Positions 27,204 through 36,177 of a stretch of DNA of 50,729 bases are shown here, in pieces. The first letter of the stretch is position 1; the number at the start of each line of letters is the position of its first letter. Below the pieces are notes generated by a model that saw nothing but the letters and a program-made list of their open reading frames with translations, was not told the DNA's origin and did no database searches. Made by a program: the position numbers and the translations under genes. Source of the stretch: Candidatus Poribacteria bacterium. GTDB lineage: Bacteria; Poribacteria; WGA-4E; WGA-3G. The DNA is taken from NCBI GenBank assembly GCA_009845545.1, contig VXZK01000391.1, positions 1-50,729 on the forward strand, written 5' to 3'.

Positions 27204-27986
27204 TTGAGGGCAGGTGTCCTCTCTGATGACCGAGTTATCGAATTCTTGAATGAAAATTTCATTAACGTTTGGGTTTCCAATGTCGAATTAGAACGCACGC
27301 CCAGAAAACAAGCCTACATGGCACGAAGACGTGAAGAACTATCCAAAACATTTGACAGAACACACCCGTTAGCAAAAGCTATCATGGAAGGGTGGAAAGA
27401 ACATTCACCTGTGGATTGTTTAGTTATTGCCCCAGAATACGATGTGATGGGGAAACTCCCTCTTAATGACTTCTTTGATGACTGTTTTCAAAAGGATATT
27501 CCAGAAGAGGATGCCTACCTTAAGTTTCTTGAGGATTCTTTAGGTGGTAAGTTGCCCGGATTTAAGGATGAACATTCAGATTCTCCTTCGAATGGTTTGA
27601 ACGTTGTGCTTAACCCTGAACAGACTGAACAAGAAGTACTGGACATCCTTCGGACACCGAGGTACGGTTATCAAGATTATACTGTCGTTGAGATTGATGC
27701 GACTGCCTTTGAAGACGGTGGCACACTCGCCATTGATATTCGGATGGGTACTGCAAAGCCGGGTGGGTCATTCGATCTGTATGATAGCGATACTGAACTG
27801 CCAACAAAAGGTTATCCTGATGACGCGCTTACCTCAGCATGGGATATCCCGTCCGGACAGATAGGAAGAATCCGACATCATTTTGATGAAGGCAAGGTTT
27901 TTAAGTTGGGTGCTACCGGTACGTGGTTCAATGAGAAAGGGAGCATCAACGCCTTTCTCGCAAAAATCTCTGTAGAGGAAAATTAA
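27204..27986 (+). CDS. C-terminal part of the same thioredoxin-like protein (same frame; nominal TTG start)
   Basis: It is in frame with 26406-27188 and separated only by TGA plus five sense codons (GSGKG). It begins ...LRAGVLSDDRVIEFLNENFINVWVSN, which continues the thioredoxin-fold pattern. Confidence 0.6.
   Translation: MRAGVLSDDRVIEFLNENFINVWVSNVELERTPRKQAYMARRREELSKTFDRTHPLAKAIMEGWKEHSPVDCLVIAPEYDVMGKLPLNDFFDDCFQKDIPEEDAYLKFLEDSLGGKLPGFKDEHSDSPSNGLNVVLNPEQTEQEVLDILRTPRYGYQDYTVVEIDATAFEDGGTLAIDIRMGTAKPGGSFDLYDSDTELPTKGYPDDALTSAWDIPSGQIGRIRHHFDEGKVFKLGATGTWFNEKGSINAFLAKISVEEN
27206..27221 (+). promoter_or_regulatory. Short stem-loop 18 nt downstream of the in-frame TGA (weak SECIS candidate)
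   Basis: gaggg-caggtg-tcctc forms 5 bp including one G-U pair, with GGU in the apical loop. Confidence 0.3.
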
Positions 27987-28370
27987 AATGAAAACATTAT
28001 CAAACGAAATTACCCCATCTAAATGTCGAGACCGCCGTTTTTTCTTAAACCTATCGGGCAATAATACCCCTCTTTATAACAACTGAACTTTAACGCTGCA
28101 TTCATCAAAAGTGCATCCATACGTGCGTATAAGTGAAAGTTCTCCACAAACCCACTATTTTCCTTAAACTCGATTCTGTCCATACCAAACCTTTTTTCGC
28201 TGCTCGTGATCCGATACAGACGCTAACGCGGAATCAACCTGACGGTTATGCCCTTTTCCGCGTTGAAATTGTATCAGTAATAAACAGCGACTTTAGCGAG
28301 TAAACACACGCAAAGATTATAACTGCCCGGCTCGACCGAGGAACGATACGGAGTATATTACCTTTACAAC

Positions 28371-29636
28371 ATGAAACTACATGATGCTATTGCTGCAGGT
28401 ATCGCGCACCTTGCGCAAAATCGGCTCCGCGCTGGGTTGTCCATTCTCGGTATCTTCATCGGGATCGCCAGCGTGTTATGCATGATGGCTATCGGTGATG
28501 GCGCAAAGAAAATTATCGCTGATCGGCTTGAAACGCTCGGCGGGATTGATCAAGTACAGTTACGGAACAACTACGGATATTACAGAAGAGGACGCTGGCA
28601 CCGAATAACAGAGCGGCTCAAATTCGAGGATGCGCTGGCAATTGAAGCCGAAGTCCCCAATATCCGATTTGTGCTGCCCAAAAATGAACGCTACCGTATC
28701 CTCGTTATCAGCCGAGATGGCAGCCAGGCTCGACCTATCCTGGAAGGCGTAACAGCAGACTATGCCCGTGGTATGCACTGGCGTGTCCAAGCGGGAAGAT
28801 TTATCTCTGAAGGCGATGTTGATCAAGCACTACAAGTCTGTGTCTTGGGGAACAACGTTGCCACAGAATTGTTTGGAAAAACATCCCCAATTGGAAAAGA
28901 GGTGAAGATCAAGTTTTATTATTGGCGTCGCGCATCTATCCGAGCACGTGTTGTAGGTGTAATGGCGGTAAAGGGTAGAGGTTTTGATTCTACGTGGACA
29001 CTTGATGATGTCGTTTGTGTGCCTTTGACGACACACCAGCAACGAATTTCAGGTTATGACTATATAGAGCGTATTACGATTTTCACCGAGAAGGATGCAG
29101 ATAAGGCAGCAGTTATCGCCTCGGCGCGTGCTGTCGTTCGTAAAAAACATCGGAACAGAGATGATTTTATTCGCCATTGGGTACCCACAGGCGGCGTGAA
29201 ACGGCTTGCGCATATCCAAAGAGTGATAAAAATCGCTTTGGGAAGCGTTGCCGCTTTCTCGCTGTTTGTGAGCGGCATCGGTATTATGAATATATGCCTT
29301 GTTTCTGTGGCGGAGAAGACGCGGGAAATAGGCGTGCGTAAATCTGTCGGTGCAAAACAGATTCACATTTTCTATCAGTTCTTGACGGAAGCCCTCTGCC
29401 TCTGTTTCTGTGGGGGCGTACTCGGGATCGCAGGCGGTTGGATCGCAGCGCACGGTATGGCACGCCTTGCTGTACGCATCGTGCCGATTGTACCGGAATG
29501 GCCCGTTGTGCTCTCTGGACAGTGGATACTCATTGCTATCGTTTTCTCGCTGTTTATGGGGGTTAGTTTCGGTGTCTATCCGGCAATGCGGGCAGCACGG
29601 CTTTCACCCATTGACGCACTCCGCACGGAAAATTAA
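28371..29636 (+). CDS. MacB/FtsX-family ABC transporter permease (orphan: no adjacent ATPase)
   Basis: 421 aa with the N-terminal TM helix LRAGLSILGIFIGIASV, a large periplasmic domain, and a C-terminal FtsX block GIGIMNICLVSVAEKTREIGVRKSVGA. Confidence 0.9.
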   Translation: MKLHDAIAAGIAHLAQNRLRAGLSILGIFIGIASVLCMMAIGDGAKKIIADRLETLGGIDQVQLRNNYGYYRRGRWHRITERLKFEDALAIEAEVPNIRFVLPKNERYRILVISRDGSQARPILEGVTADYARGMHWRVQAGRFISEGDVDQALQVCVLGNNVATELFGKTSPIGKEVKIKFYYWRRASIRARVVGVMAVKGRGFDSTWTLDDVVCVPLTTHQQRISGYDYIERITIFTEKDADKAAVIASARAVVRKKHRNRDDFIRHWVPTGGVKRLAHIQRVIKIALGSVAAFSLFVSGIGIMNICLVSVAEKTREIGVRKSVGAKQIHIFYQFLTEALCLCFCGGVLGIAGGWIAAHGMARLAVRIVPIVPEWPVVLSGQWILIAIVFSLFMGVSFGVYPAMRAARLSPIDALRTEN

Positions 29637-29645
29637 ATGACCGAG

Positions 29646-29673
29646 GGCTGATGGCTAATGGCTGATGGCTGTT
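29646..29673. repeat. Four tandem heptamers ggctgat ggctaat ggctgat ggctgtt
   Basis: Read directly. The array spans the 18-bp gap between the convergent permease and recQ genes and supplies the last codons and stop of recQ. Confidence 0.8.
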
Positions 29674-31490
29674 CCGCTGACAGTTTGCGTTTGGCATAAA
29701 TCGCAGGTACCGCATCGGTAATCTTCATCAATAGATTCTCCGAAATAGTCCCGAATCACGCGCATCCGGCAAGTCGTTTCTAATGCATAACGAATCATCT
29801 GATCAATCTGGCTCTGTTTTCGACGGACATAGTCACCAACTTCAATCTGCTCATCTGTCAACGTGCTGAGCATTTGGCTATCTTCAAGCAGTTCGATGAG
29901 TAATAAGTCCTCCTGCCCCCAGTACTGGATATAACCGTCGCTTTGCAGCTCGGCGAGATCCTCCATGATGACCTTCGGATTTTGACCGACGGCTTCGCAA
30001 AGTTCCAGAATCGTTTTTACCCCGCTACGCAATTGACGTAGGAGTTCCTGTTGTGCTGTATCTGCTGGTGCCGTTCCTTCAGTCCAGAGTTCTCGGAATC
30101 TCACAGAGAGTTGAGACGGGACATTATACCACCGCTTCAAAAATCCAAGCTTTTCGAGGTAACTGAGACTCACAAGAATCTTTGTCGCATTGCCCTCGCT
30201 CATCCACTCCAGTTCCTCGTTAGAGATTGTGCGGTACCTATCGCTGCCCCTGAAATTTTCAACGACCTTTAAGAGTTTAAGCAGGAATGGCTTATCCGGC
30301 GCGCTCTCTCTAATAAAGAACTCGTGTAACCCGCGGTCCTCGTGGCAGAAAAGGAGGACACAACGTGCGTCCTCTCCATCTCTCCCGGCTCTCCCGATCT
30401 CTTGGCAGTATGCTTCGAGCGTCCCCGTGAGTGTCCAATGCACAATATATCGGATGTCTGCTTTGTCGATGCCCATACCGAAAGCGTTCGTGGCAACGAC
30501 GACATCCAACCCGTTCGCGCTGTTGTCGAAAAAGGCTTCTTGGACACGCGTACGCTCTTGCTGCTCAAGTCCAGCGTGGTAGAAATCCGCACGGAACCCA
30601 CGTCTTTGGAGGAAATCTGCGATCTTTTCAGTGTCGCGCCGCCGTCCGGCATAGATGATCCCATTTTTCAACCGAAGTGGTAGCGATTCAGTGTCCGGCG
30701 TTGAAACAGGCACTCGCTGTTCGTTGAGAAACTTTTCGAGTTGCAGATACTTTTCATCGTCGTTTTCATTCTGCTGAACACTGAGTTTCAGGTTCGGACG
30801 CTCAATGCCTTCAACGAGGATATGCGGTGCCGGTATATGGAGCACATTGAGAATGTCGCCTTGGATCTCTGGCGGGGCTGTTGCTGTGAAAAGTGAAATA
30901 ACACGCGGCTGAAGGACATCAATCGTATCTTTGAGCGATAAGTAGGCGGGACGGAAATCACGACCCCATTGCGAGATACAGTGGGCTTCATCTATAACGA
31001 ACAGTGAAATAGGGAACGCATTCAAGATGTCTAAAAATCGACGACTTCGGAGACGTTCTGGAGAGATGTAAAGCAGTTTGATTTCGTTTCGCCGCAGACG
31101 TGCCAGTTCATTTTGGTATGCTTCCCACGTCTGTGTGCTATTTATCAGCGAGACCGCATCGATGCCTTGTTCGCGTAAAGCATCAACTTGGTCCTTCATC
31201 AACGAAATAAGAGGGGAGATGACGACTGTTATACCATCAAGCATCAGTGCCGGGAGTTGGTAACACAACGATTTTCCGTGTCCTGTTGGGAATACAGCGA
31301 ACACGTTTTTACCCTCTAAAATTGCCGCAACAATCTCACGTTGCCCTTTACGGAAGAACGTATAACTGAAATAGGTATCGAGTGCTTCCAGAAGCGGATC
31401 TCGCGGTTCGCAGTCTTGTCCCGGCTCTACTGCATCAGTTGACTCCAGAATAGCATCTACCTTTTTAAGCAAATCCTGCAAGTTGGGCAT
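29655..31490 (-). CDS. recQ: RecQ-family ATP-dependent DNA helicase
   Basis: 611 aa with FRKGQREIV, FPTGHGKSLCYQLPA, DEAHCISQWGRDFRPAY, ATNAFGMGIDKADIRYIVH and QEIGRAGRDG. The C-terminal zinc motif is TCRMRVIRDYFGE...CGTCDLC. Confidence 0.93.
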   Translation of the reverse strand: MPNLQDLLKKVDAILESTDAVEPGQDCEPRDPLLEALDTYFSYTFFRKGQREIVAAILEGKNVFAVFPTGHGKSLCYQLPALMLDGITVVISPLISLMKDQVDALREQGIDAVSLINSTQTWEAYQNELARLRRNEIKLLYISPERLRSRRFLDILNAFPISLFVIDEAHCISQWGRDFRPAYLSLKDTIDVLQPRVISLFTATAPPEIQGDILNVLHIPAPHILVEGIERPNLKLSVQQNENDDEKYLQLEKFLNEQRVPVSTPDTESLPLRLKNGIIYAGRRRDTEKIADFLQRRGFRADFYHAGLEQQERTRVQEAFFDNSANGLDVVVATNAFGMGIDKADIRYIVHWTLTGTLEAYCQEIGRAGRDGEDARCVLLFCHEDRGLHEFFIRESAPDKPFLLKLLKVVENFRGSDRYRTISNEELEWMSEGNATKILVSLSYLEKLGFLKRWYNVPSQLSVRFRELWTEGTAPADTAQQELLRQLRSGVKTILELCEAVGQNPKVIMEDLAELQSDGYIQYWGQEDLLLIELLEDSQMLSTLTDEQIEVGDYVRRKQSQIDQMIRYALETTCRMRVIRDYFGESIDEDYRCGTCDLCQTQTVSGTAISH

Positions 31491-31512
31491 ATTTTTCGGT
31501 GTCTATGATTTT

Positions 31513-32286
31513 CTACGAGAAAAATCGGAAGCGGAGAATGTGGAAAATTGCGGCAATGCCATCTTTCCAACTAACGGTCTTTCCTTCGTGATAATCTCTG
31601 CCGTGATAGGAGATCGGAACCTCAACGATTTTGCACTGCCGCTTGGCAAGTTTCGCTGTAATTTCCGGTTCAAACCCAAATCTGTCCGAGTAGAGCGAGA
31701 TCTCCTTTAGAATTGATGTCCGCATTACCTTGTAGCAGGTTTCCATGTCGGTAAGTTTTGTGCCGTTAACAATATTGGCGAGGGTCGTGAGAAATTGATT
31801 CGCGACATAACTCCGTAATAATCCTGCCTGCTTGCCCTTCATAAACCGGGAGCCGTATACCACATCGGCTTCGCCATTTAAGATAGGTGCCAGCAATTTC
31901 GGGTAATCTTGCGGATCATATTCCAGATCGGCATCCTGAATGAGCGTAATCTCGCCGGTAATATGTTGGAAACCGGTGCGGAGTGTCGCCCCTTTCCCTT
32001 TATTTACATCGTGATAAAAAACCTTTACCGATAGTTCGTCTATCTTTCCCGCATCTATGTTTATCGGCATCTCAGTTATTTCGAGGTAACTGCGTATTTC
32101 GTTTGGTATATCTTCAATACTTTCGATTTCCCCTAAAATATCGCGCGTGCCATCTGTTGAAAAATCGTCAACGAGAATCAATTCTTTTTTCATACCGATC
32201 TTAACGCTGACAACCTGTTGCAAAAGTTTGATTAGGCTTGTGACCTCGTTGTAAATCGGAATCACAATGGATAGCGTAGACTCCAT
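31513..32286 (-). CDS. Glycosyltransferase family 2 (polyprenol-phosphate sugar synthase-like)
   Basis: MESTLSIVIPIYNE start, LVDDFSTDGT, and IQDADLEYDP (DxD). The longer ORF to 32361 adds 25 non-conserved residues. Confidence 0.88.
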   Translation of the reverse strand: MESTLSIVIPIYNEVTSLIKLLQQVVSVKIGMKKELILVDDFSTDGTRDILGEIESIEDIPNEIRSYLEITEMPINIDAGKIDELSVKVFYHDVNKGKGATLRTGFQHITGEITLIQDADLEYDPQDYPKLLAPILNGEADVVYGSRFMKGKQAGLLRSYVANQFLTTLANIVNGTKLTDMETCYKVMRTSILKEISLYSDRFGFEPEITAKLAKRQCKIVEVPISYHGRDYHEGKTVSWKDGIAAIFHILRFRFFS

Positions 32287-32472
32287 CTGGATGTCCCCAA
32301 TGTTTTCCCACTGCTTTAGCGTAGGATATGATATAGTCGAAGCGAAGTTGAACACAATCAATTTCTTCTATCTAAATGATACCTAATCTTTTTATTAAAA
32401 GCAAGTATAAAAACGGAGGATTTCCTTTTTCCCTACCGATAGGCACACGTTGCAAGCGTGCTACGTCTATGG

Positions 32473-32649
32473 TCACAATCTATGCCCTCTGAATAGAGGA
32501 ATCAGTTGTTGCCTTGTGAACTCGAATTCTTGTAGAAATTGGTCTGAAGGGCTTAAGGGGGCCTCAACCGAGAAAAAGTCGTTTTCCAAGTATTTGATTC
32601 CGAATCTTTCTTGCACCTCAGGAATCGTCTTGAAATCGCTGAATGCCAT
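32473..32649 (-). CDS. Short ORF (58 aa), possibly the truncated 5' part of a larger gene
   Basis: A strong Shine-Dalgarno sequence (ggaggg, 9 nt upstream) precedes MAFSDFKTIPEVQERFGIKYLENDFF... The ORF stops right at a repeat-like hairpin (ggcacacgttgcaagcgtgc). It was not in the ORF track because it is shorter than 60 aa. Confidence 0.3.
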   Translation of the reverse strand: MAFSDFKTIPEVQERFGIKYLENDFFSVEAPLSPSDQFLQEFEFTRQQLIPLFRGHRL

Positions 32650-32691
32650 AAGTTTTACCCTCCTATAACTTCAATGTGAATCCAGCATCTT

Positions 32692-34239
32692 TTATGCATA
32701 CGACAACCGCTCAACCCGTTTTTCCAAAGGCTCCATCGTTTCAAGAATATGGCTCATCAAAGAGGCTTTATCGTCGGCGTAGGTAGCATTATCCCACAAA
32801 TTCTTCCGCTCACCCGGATCGTTCTCCAGATCATAGAGTTCACCATAAGTCTGTCCACAATACCATGTCAACTTCCGCGTATCGGTTACAATCGTTTTAA
32901 GCCGCAAGCCGCGCGGATCGTCTACACATTCAACTAACACGGCATCGCGGGCGGACACTGTCTCTCCCGTAAGCATCGGCATCGCGTCTACCCCATCTGT
33001 ATCTGTCGGAATCGGCAAACTGATCGCAGACAGAACTGTCGGCACAATATCAACGTGGCTAAAGAGCTCTTGCGTATTTTGCCCGGCAGGAATAGCCGCA
33101 GGAAACCGCAGCAACGTTGGTACGCGGACGAGTTGCTCGTAATGGAACGGCCCCTTCATCCACAACCCGTGGTCGCCGAGCAATTCACCGTGGTCAGTTG
33201 TAAAGAGTACTAACGTGTTTTCTGCCAACCCACACGTATCAAGGCACTCCAGAATACGTCCCATCTCCTGATCAATAATCTTCACCATATTGTAATAATA
33301 CGCCCTACCGAGGCGTGCATCGTTTTCCGAGACTTTACTGAAATCAGCACCGCCACCCTGTCCAGCGACGGCGTACGTTCCACGTATCTCTGACTTTTCA
33401 AGCTGCCCACATCGCGCCTCCAAGAAATGTGGCGGTTTGTCGGCTAACTCGCCGTCAACAAAATCAGGAAGTGGAACCTGCACAGGATTGACACGCGCCT
33501 CAAATTCAGTCGGGACGCAGTGCGGGTGGTGTGGATCTTGAAATCCGACTGCCAGCAGGAATGGTTGTGTAGCATCGTGGCTCGACAAGAAATCTACCGT
33601 TCGATCCGCTGTCCAAACACTATTATGGTATTTCAGCGGTATGTCCCAATCATAAGCCTCACCACCGAAACCTCTTTCACCGAGGCGTGTCGCTTTGCTG
33701 TAACCGTTGAACGTCTCCACAGACACTTGAGAGCGAACCCATTCGCCGTAATGTCCAGCGATCCCATAAGTCGCATGCCCAAGTGCCAATTCGACTGTTT
33801 CAAATCCGTAGTAGGGACCTTGGAAATCCGGGTAGCGCGTTGTATCACCACGTGTCTCCATGGATTGCTCTGGAGAGGCACCGAACGGTTGGAAGTGCGC
33901 TTTGCCGATATAGTGCGTGCGATATCCAACCTCACCCAGTCGATGCGACAACATCGGTTCGTCTTCGGGGACGTTCATACCGACGTTCCACGCACCATGA
34001 CGGCTCACATACCGTCCAGAAAAGATTGAGGCGCGGGCAGGCGTACAGACCGGATTCGCACAATACGCACGCTCCAAACAGACCCCTTCAGACGCGAACT
34101 TATCCAGATGCGGCGTGTCTGTGAACGTTGACCCGTAGCAGCTCAGGCTATCTGTCCGCTGCTGATCGGTTGTAATAATCAGGATGTTCGGTTGTTGTGT
34201 GCTCATAGTGTTGGGGACATTTCCTTTCTCTATCCACAA
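32692..34239 (-). CDS. Formylglycine-dependent sulfatase
   Basis: IITTDQQR and the CTPARASIFSGR (C-x-P-x-R) motif are present. The likely true start is ATG 34206 (MSTQQPN), 24 nt after the upstream stop. Confidence 0.92.
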   Translation of the reverse strand: MWIEKGNVPNTMSTQQPNILIITTDQQRTDSLSCYGSTFTDTPHLDKFASEGVCLERAYCANPVCTPARASIFSGRYVSRHGAWNVGMNVPEDEPMLSHRLGEVGYRTHYIGKAHFQPFGASPEQSMETRGDTTRYPDFQGPYYGFETVELALGHATYGIAGHYGEWVRSQVSVETFNGYSKATRLGERGFGGEAYDWDIPLKYHNSVWTADRTVDFLSSHDATQPFLLAVGFQDPHHPHCVPTEFEARVNPVQVPLPDFVDGELADKPPHFLEARCGQLEKSEIRGTYAVAGQGGGADFSKVSENDARLGRAYYYNMVKIIDQEMGRILECLDTCGLAENTLVLFTTDHGELLGDHGLWMKGPFHYEQLVRVPTLLRFPAAIPAGQNTQELFSHVDIVPTVLSAISLPIPTDTDGVDAMPMLTGETVSARDAVLVECVDDPRGLRLKTIVTDTRKLTWYCGQTYGELYDLENDPGERKNLWDNATYADDKASLMSHILETMEPLEKRVERLSYA

Positions 34240-35051
34240 AACGGTTTCAGATAAGTATAACTCTGTTCCGCTGCGTCTTCTGGCTCCATAATCTCACGAA
34301 ATGCCTGATGCACCGTTACGTAGCCGTCGTAACCGATCGCTTCCAGACCTTCAAATACCAGTGGGAAGTCGATACCGCCTTTGTCCTGTAGACGGATCGG
34401 ATCGTGCGGGACTTCACCCTGAATCCATGTCAGAAGTCGCGTTTTCCCTTCTGGTCGGCGGATATGGTTCTGAAGATAAACGTTCAAAAGATAGGGCGAA
34501 AACCGTTTGAGCGTCTCAACACCATAATCCTGTGCACAGAGATCGAGGTTAGCAGGTTCATAAATAATCCCGAAATTCTTTCTGCCGACGCGTTTCAGCA
34601 CATCAACCGAGCCATCTACCGTTTCAAATAGGCTCTGCGTATGTGATTGATGCGCAAGACGGATGCCACGTTCTGCGGCTTCGTCAGAGGCGCGTTGTGC
34701 CCAAGGAATGTCCGCTTCAACCTTCATCGCAATACGGATAAGGTCTGCACCAAGCAGCTCCGTTAGATCAAGATACGGGGTAATATTACGGAGTCCATCC
34801 GGGCCTTGCGCGTTGTTGAGTGGCACCGGGAAATCTCCAGTGACCATAGAGACCTTTAAATTGAGCGATGCTGCCTGTTTACGCGCGGCGGTAATCTGCT
34901 CCAAAGGCGACTGGATGCCGACTTGAGATGCACGCATACAGACGGCTTCGTAGCCGAGTCCTGCAGCGAGTTCAGTCAGTTGTGCAAAAGTATGTGTAGC
35001 ATCTCTTTTAGATGCTGTTTCTGCGACGCGTACGGAAAGTGAAAGTTTCAT
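34230..35051 (-). CDS. Xylose-isomerase-like TIM-barrel protein (sugar phosphate isomerase/epimerase family)
   Basis: 273 aa with the AP_endonuc_2-type pattern (IRLAHQSH..., IIYEPANL..., YVTVH). Confidence 0.75.
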   Translation of the reverse strand: MKLSLSVRVAETASKRDATHTFAQLTELAAGLGYEAVCMRASQVGIQSPLEQITAARKQAASLNLKVSMVTGDFPVPLNNAQGPDGLRNITPYLDLTELLGADLIRIAMKVEADIPWAQRASDEAAERGIRLAHQSHTQSLFETVDGSVDVLKRVGRKNFGIIYEPANLDLCAQDYGVETLKRFSPYLLNVYLQNHIRRPEGKTRLLTWIQGEVPHDPIRLQDKGGIDFPLVFEGLEAIGYDGYVTVHQAFREIMEPEDAAEQSYTYLKPFCG

Positions 35052-35181
35052 GTTTTTAATTTACCTTGCGGAGAAACAACGGAGGTTTGAACTTTAACGT
35101 GCGTTTCTCAAATCCGTCCTCCACTTCGTTACGGACTACGGGTTTTGGGATCATCTTAGGAGACATCCATTCCCCTGAAAA

Positions 35182-36033
35182 CTATAATAGTAAAATATCG
35201 GCAATTGAGAGTGCCATCAAAACAAGGCTAATCATACCGTTCAGTGTGAAGAAGGCGAGGTTGACACGGGATAGGTCTGTCGGTTTCACAATAGTGTGTT
35301 CGTAGATAAAAATTAGGACGACAATGCCGACACCGATGTAATAGAACAACCCCAATTCGACAAGGCGTGGGATGCTGAGGAGGAGCAGCACGGCAATAAC
35401 ATGCAGAGTGGAGGAAAGCCATAACGCCCACCGGATCCCGATTTTCGCTGGGACGGAGTGTAGCCCATGCTTTCTATCAAAGTTGACATCTTGACAGGCA
35501 TAGATAATGTCGAACCCCGCTGTCCAGAGCAGCACGACAAGACAGAGAACTATCGGTGGCAACGCGAAACTGCCCTCAATCGCAATCCACGCACCGACGG
35601 GTGAAATGGAGAGCGCAAGTCCAAGCCAAAAGTGAGAAAATGCGGTGAAACGTTTGGTATAGGAATACCCCATAACCACAGCAAGGGCGACAGGTGATAA
35701 GGCGAAGGCGAGCGGGTTCAACCGCCACGCCGCGAAAACCAACAGACCAGCAGAGATGATCGTAAAACACCACACCGCGCCCTTTGTGATTAAGCCTGCA
35801 GGAATCGCACGCATGGCAGTGCGCGGGTTTATACCATCAATCTCGGCATCGGCAAGCCGATTGAACGCCATAGCGCAGCTTCGCGCTCCTACCATCGCGA
35901 CGAGAATCCAGCCAAGTTTCGGCAGCGATGGGAATCCGTCTGCCGCGATAAAGGCACTCATGACCGCAAACGGAAGTGCGAAGACGGTATGTTCAAATTT
36001 GATCATCTCTAAGATAATCTTAAGTTTTCGCAT
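35182..36033 (-). CDS. UbiA-family aromatic prenyltransferase (4-hydroxybenzoate polyprenyltransferase-like/MqnP-like)
   Basis: 283 aa, polytopic. IKFEHTVFALPFA at the N-terminus, the Asp-rich motif NRLADAEIDGINPRT, and a second motif YACQDVNFD. Confidence 0.85.
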   Translation of the reverse strand: MRKLKIILEMIKFEHTVFALPFAVMSAFIAADGFPSLPKLGWILVAMVGARSCAMAFNRLADAEIDGINPRTAMRAIPAGLITKGAVWCFTIISAGLLVFAAWRLNPLAFALSPVALAVVMGYSYTKRFTAFSHFWLGLALSISPVGAWIAIEGSFALPPIVLCLVVLLWTAGFDIIYACQDVNFDRKHGLHSVPAKIGIRWALWLSSTLHVIAVLLLLSIPRLVELGLFYYIGVGIVVLIFIYEHTIVKPTDLSRVNLAFFTLNGMISLVLMALSIADILLL

Positions 36034-36177
36034 CTTTTAACTATTGGCCTTCCGCGCCTGTTTCGTCCGTTGTCCGAAACAGGGTTTCCGCTAAAGTTAT
36101 ACTGGGTTGGTACCATAAAATTTTTCTGTACCAAAGATAAGAAACGAATCAGTCAACCTTGACTGTGAGATGGTATT

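Noticed and set aside
27988-28086. 32-codon ORF MKTLSNEITPSKCRDRRFFLNLSGNNTPLYNN with a Tat-like RRxFL motif, as a remnant of a Tat-exported protein.
   Set aside because: No hydrophobic h-region follows in any frame, and it is very short. It could be coincidental.
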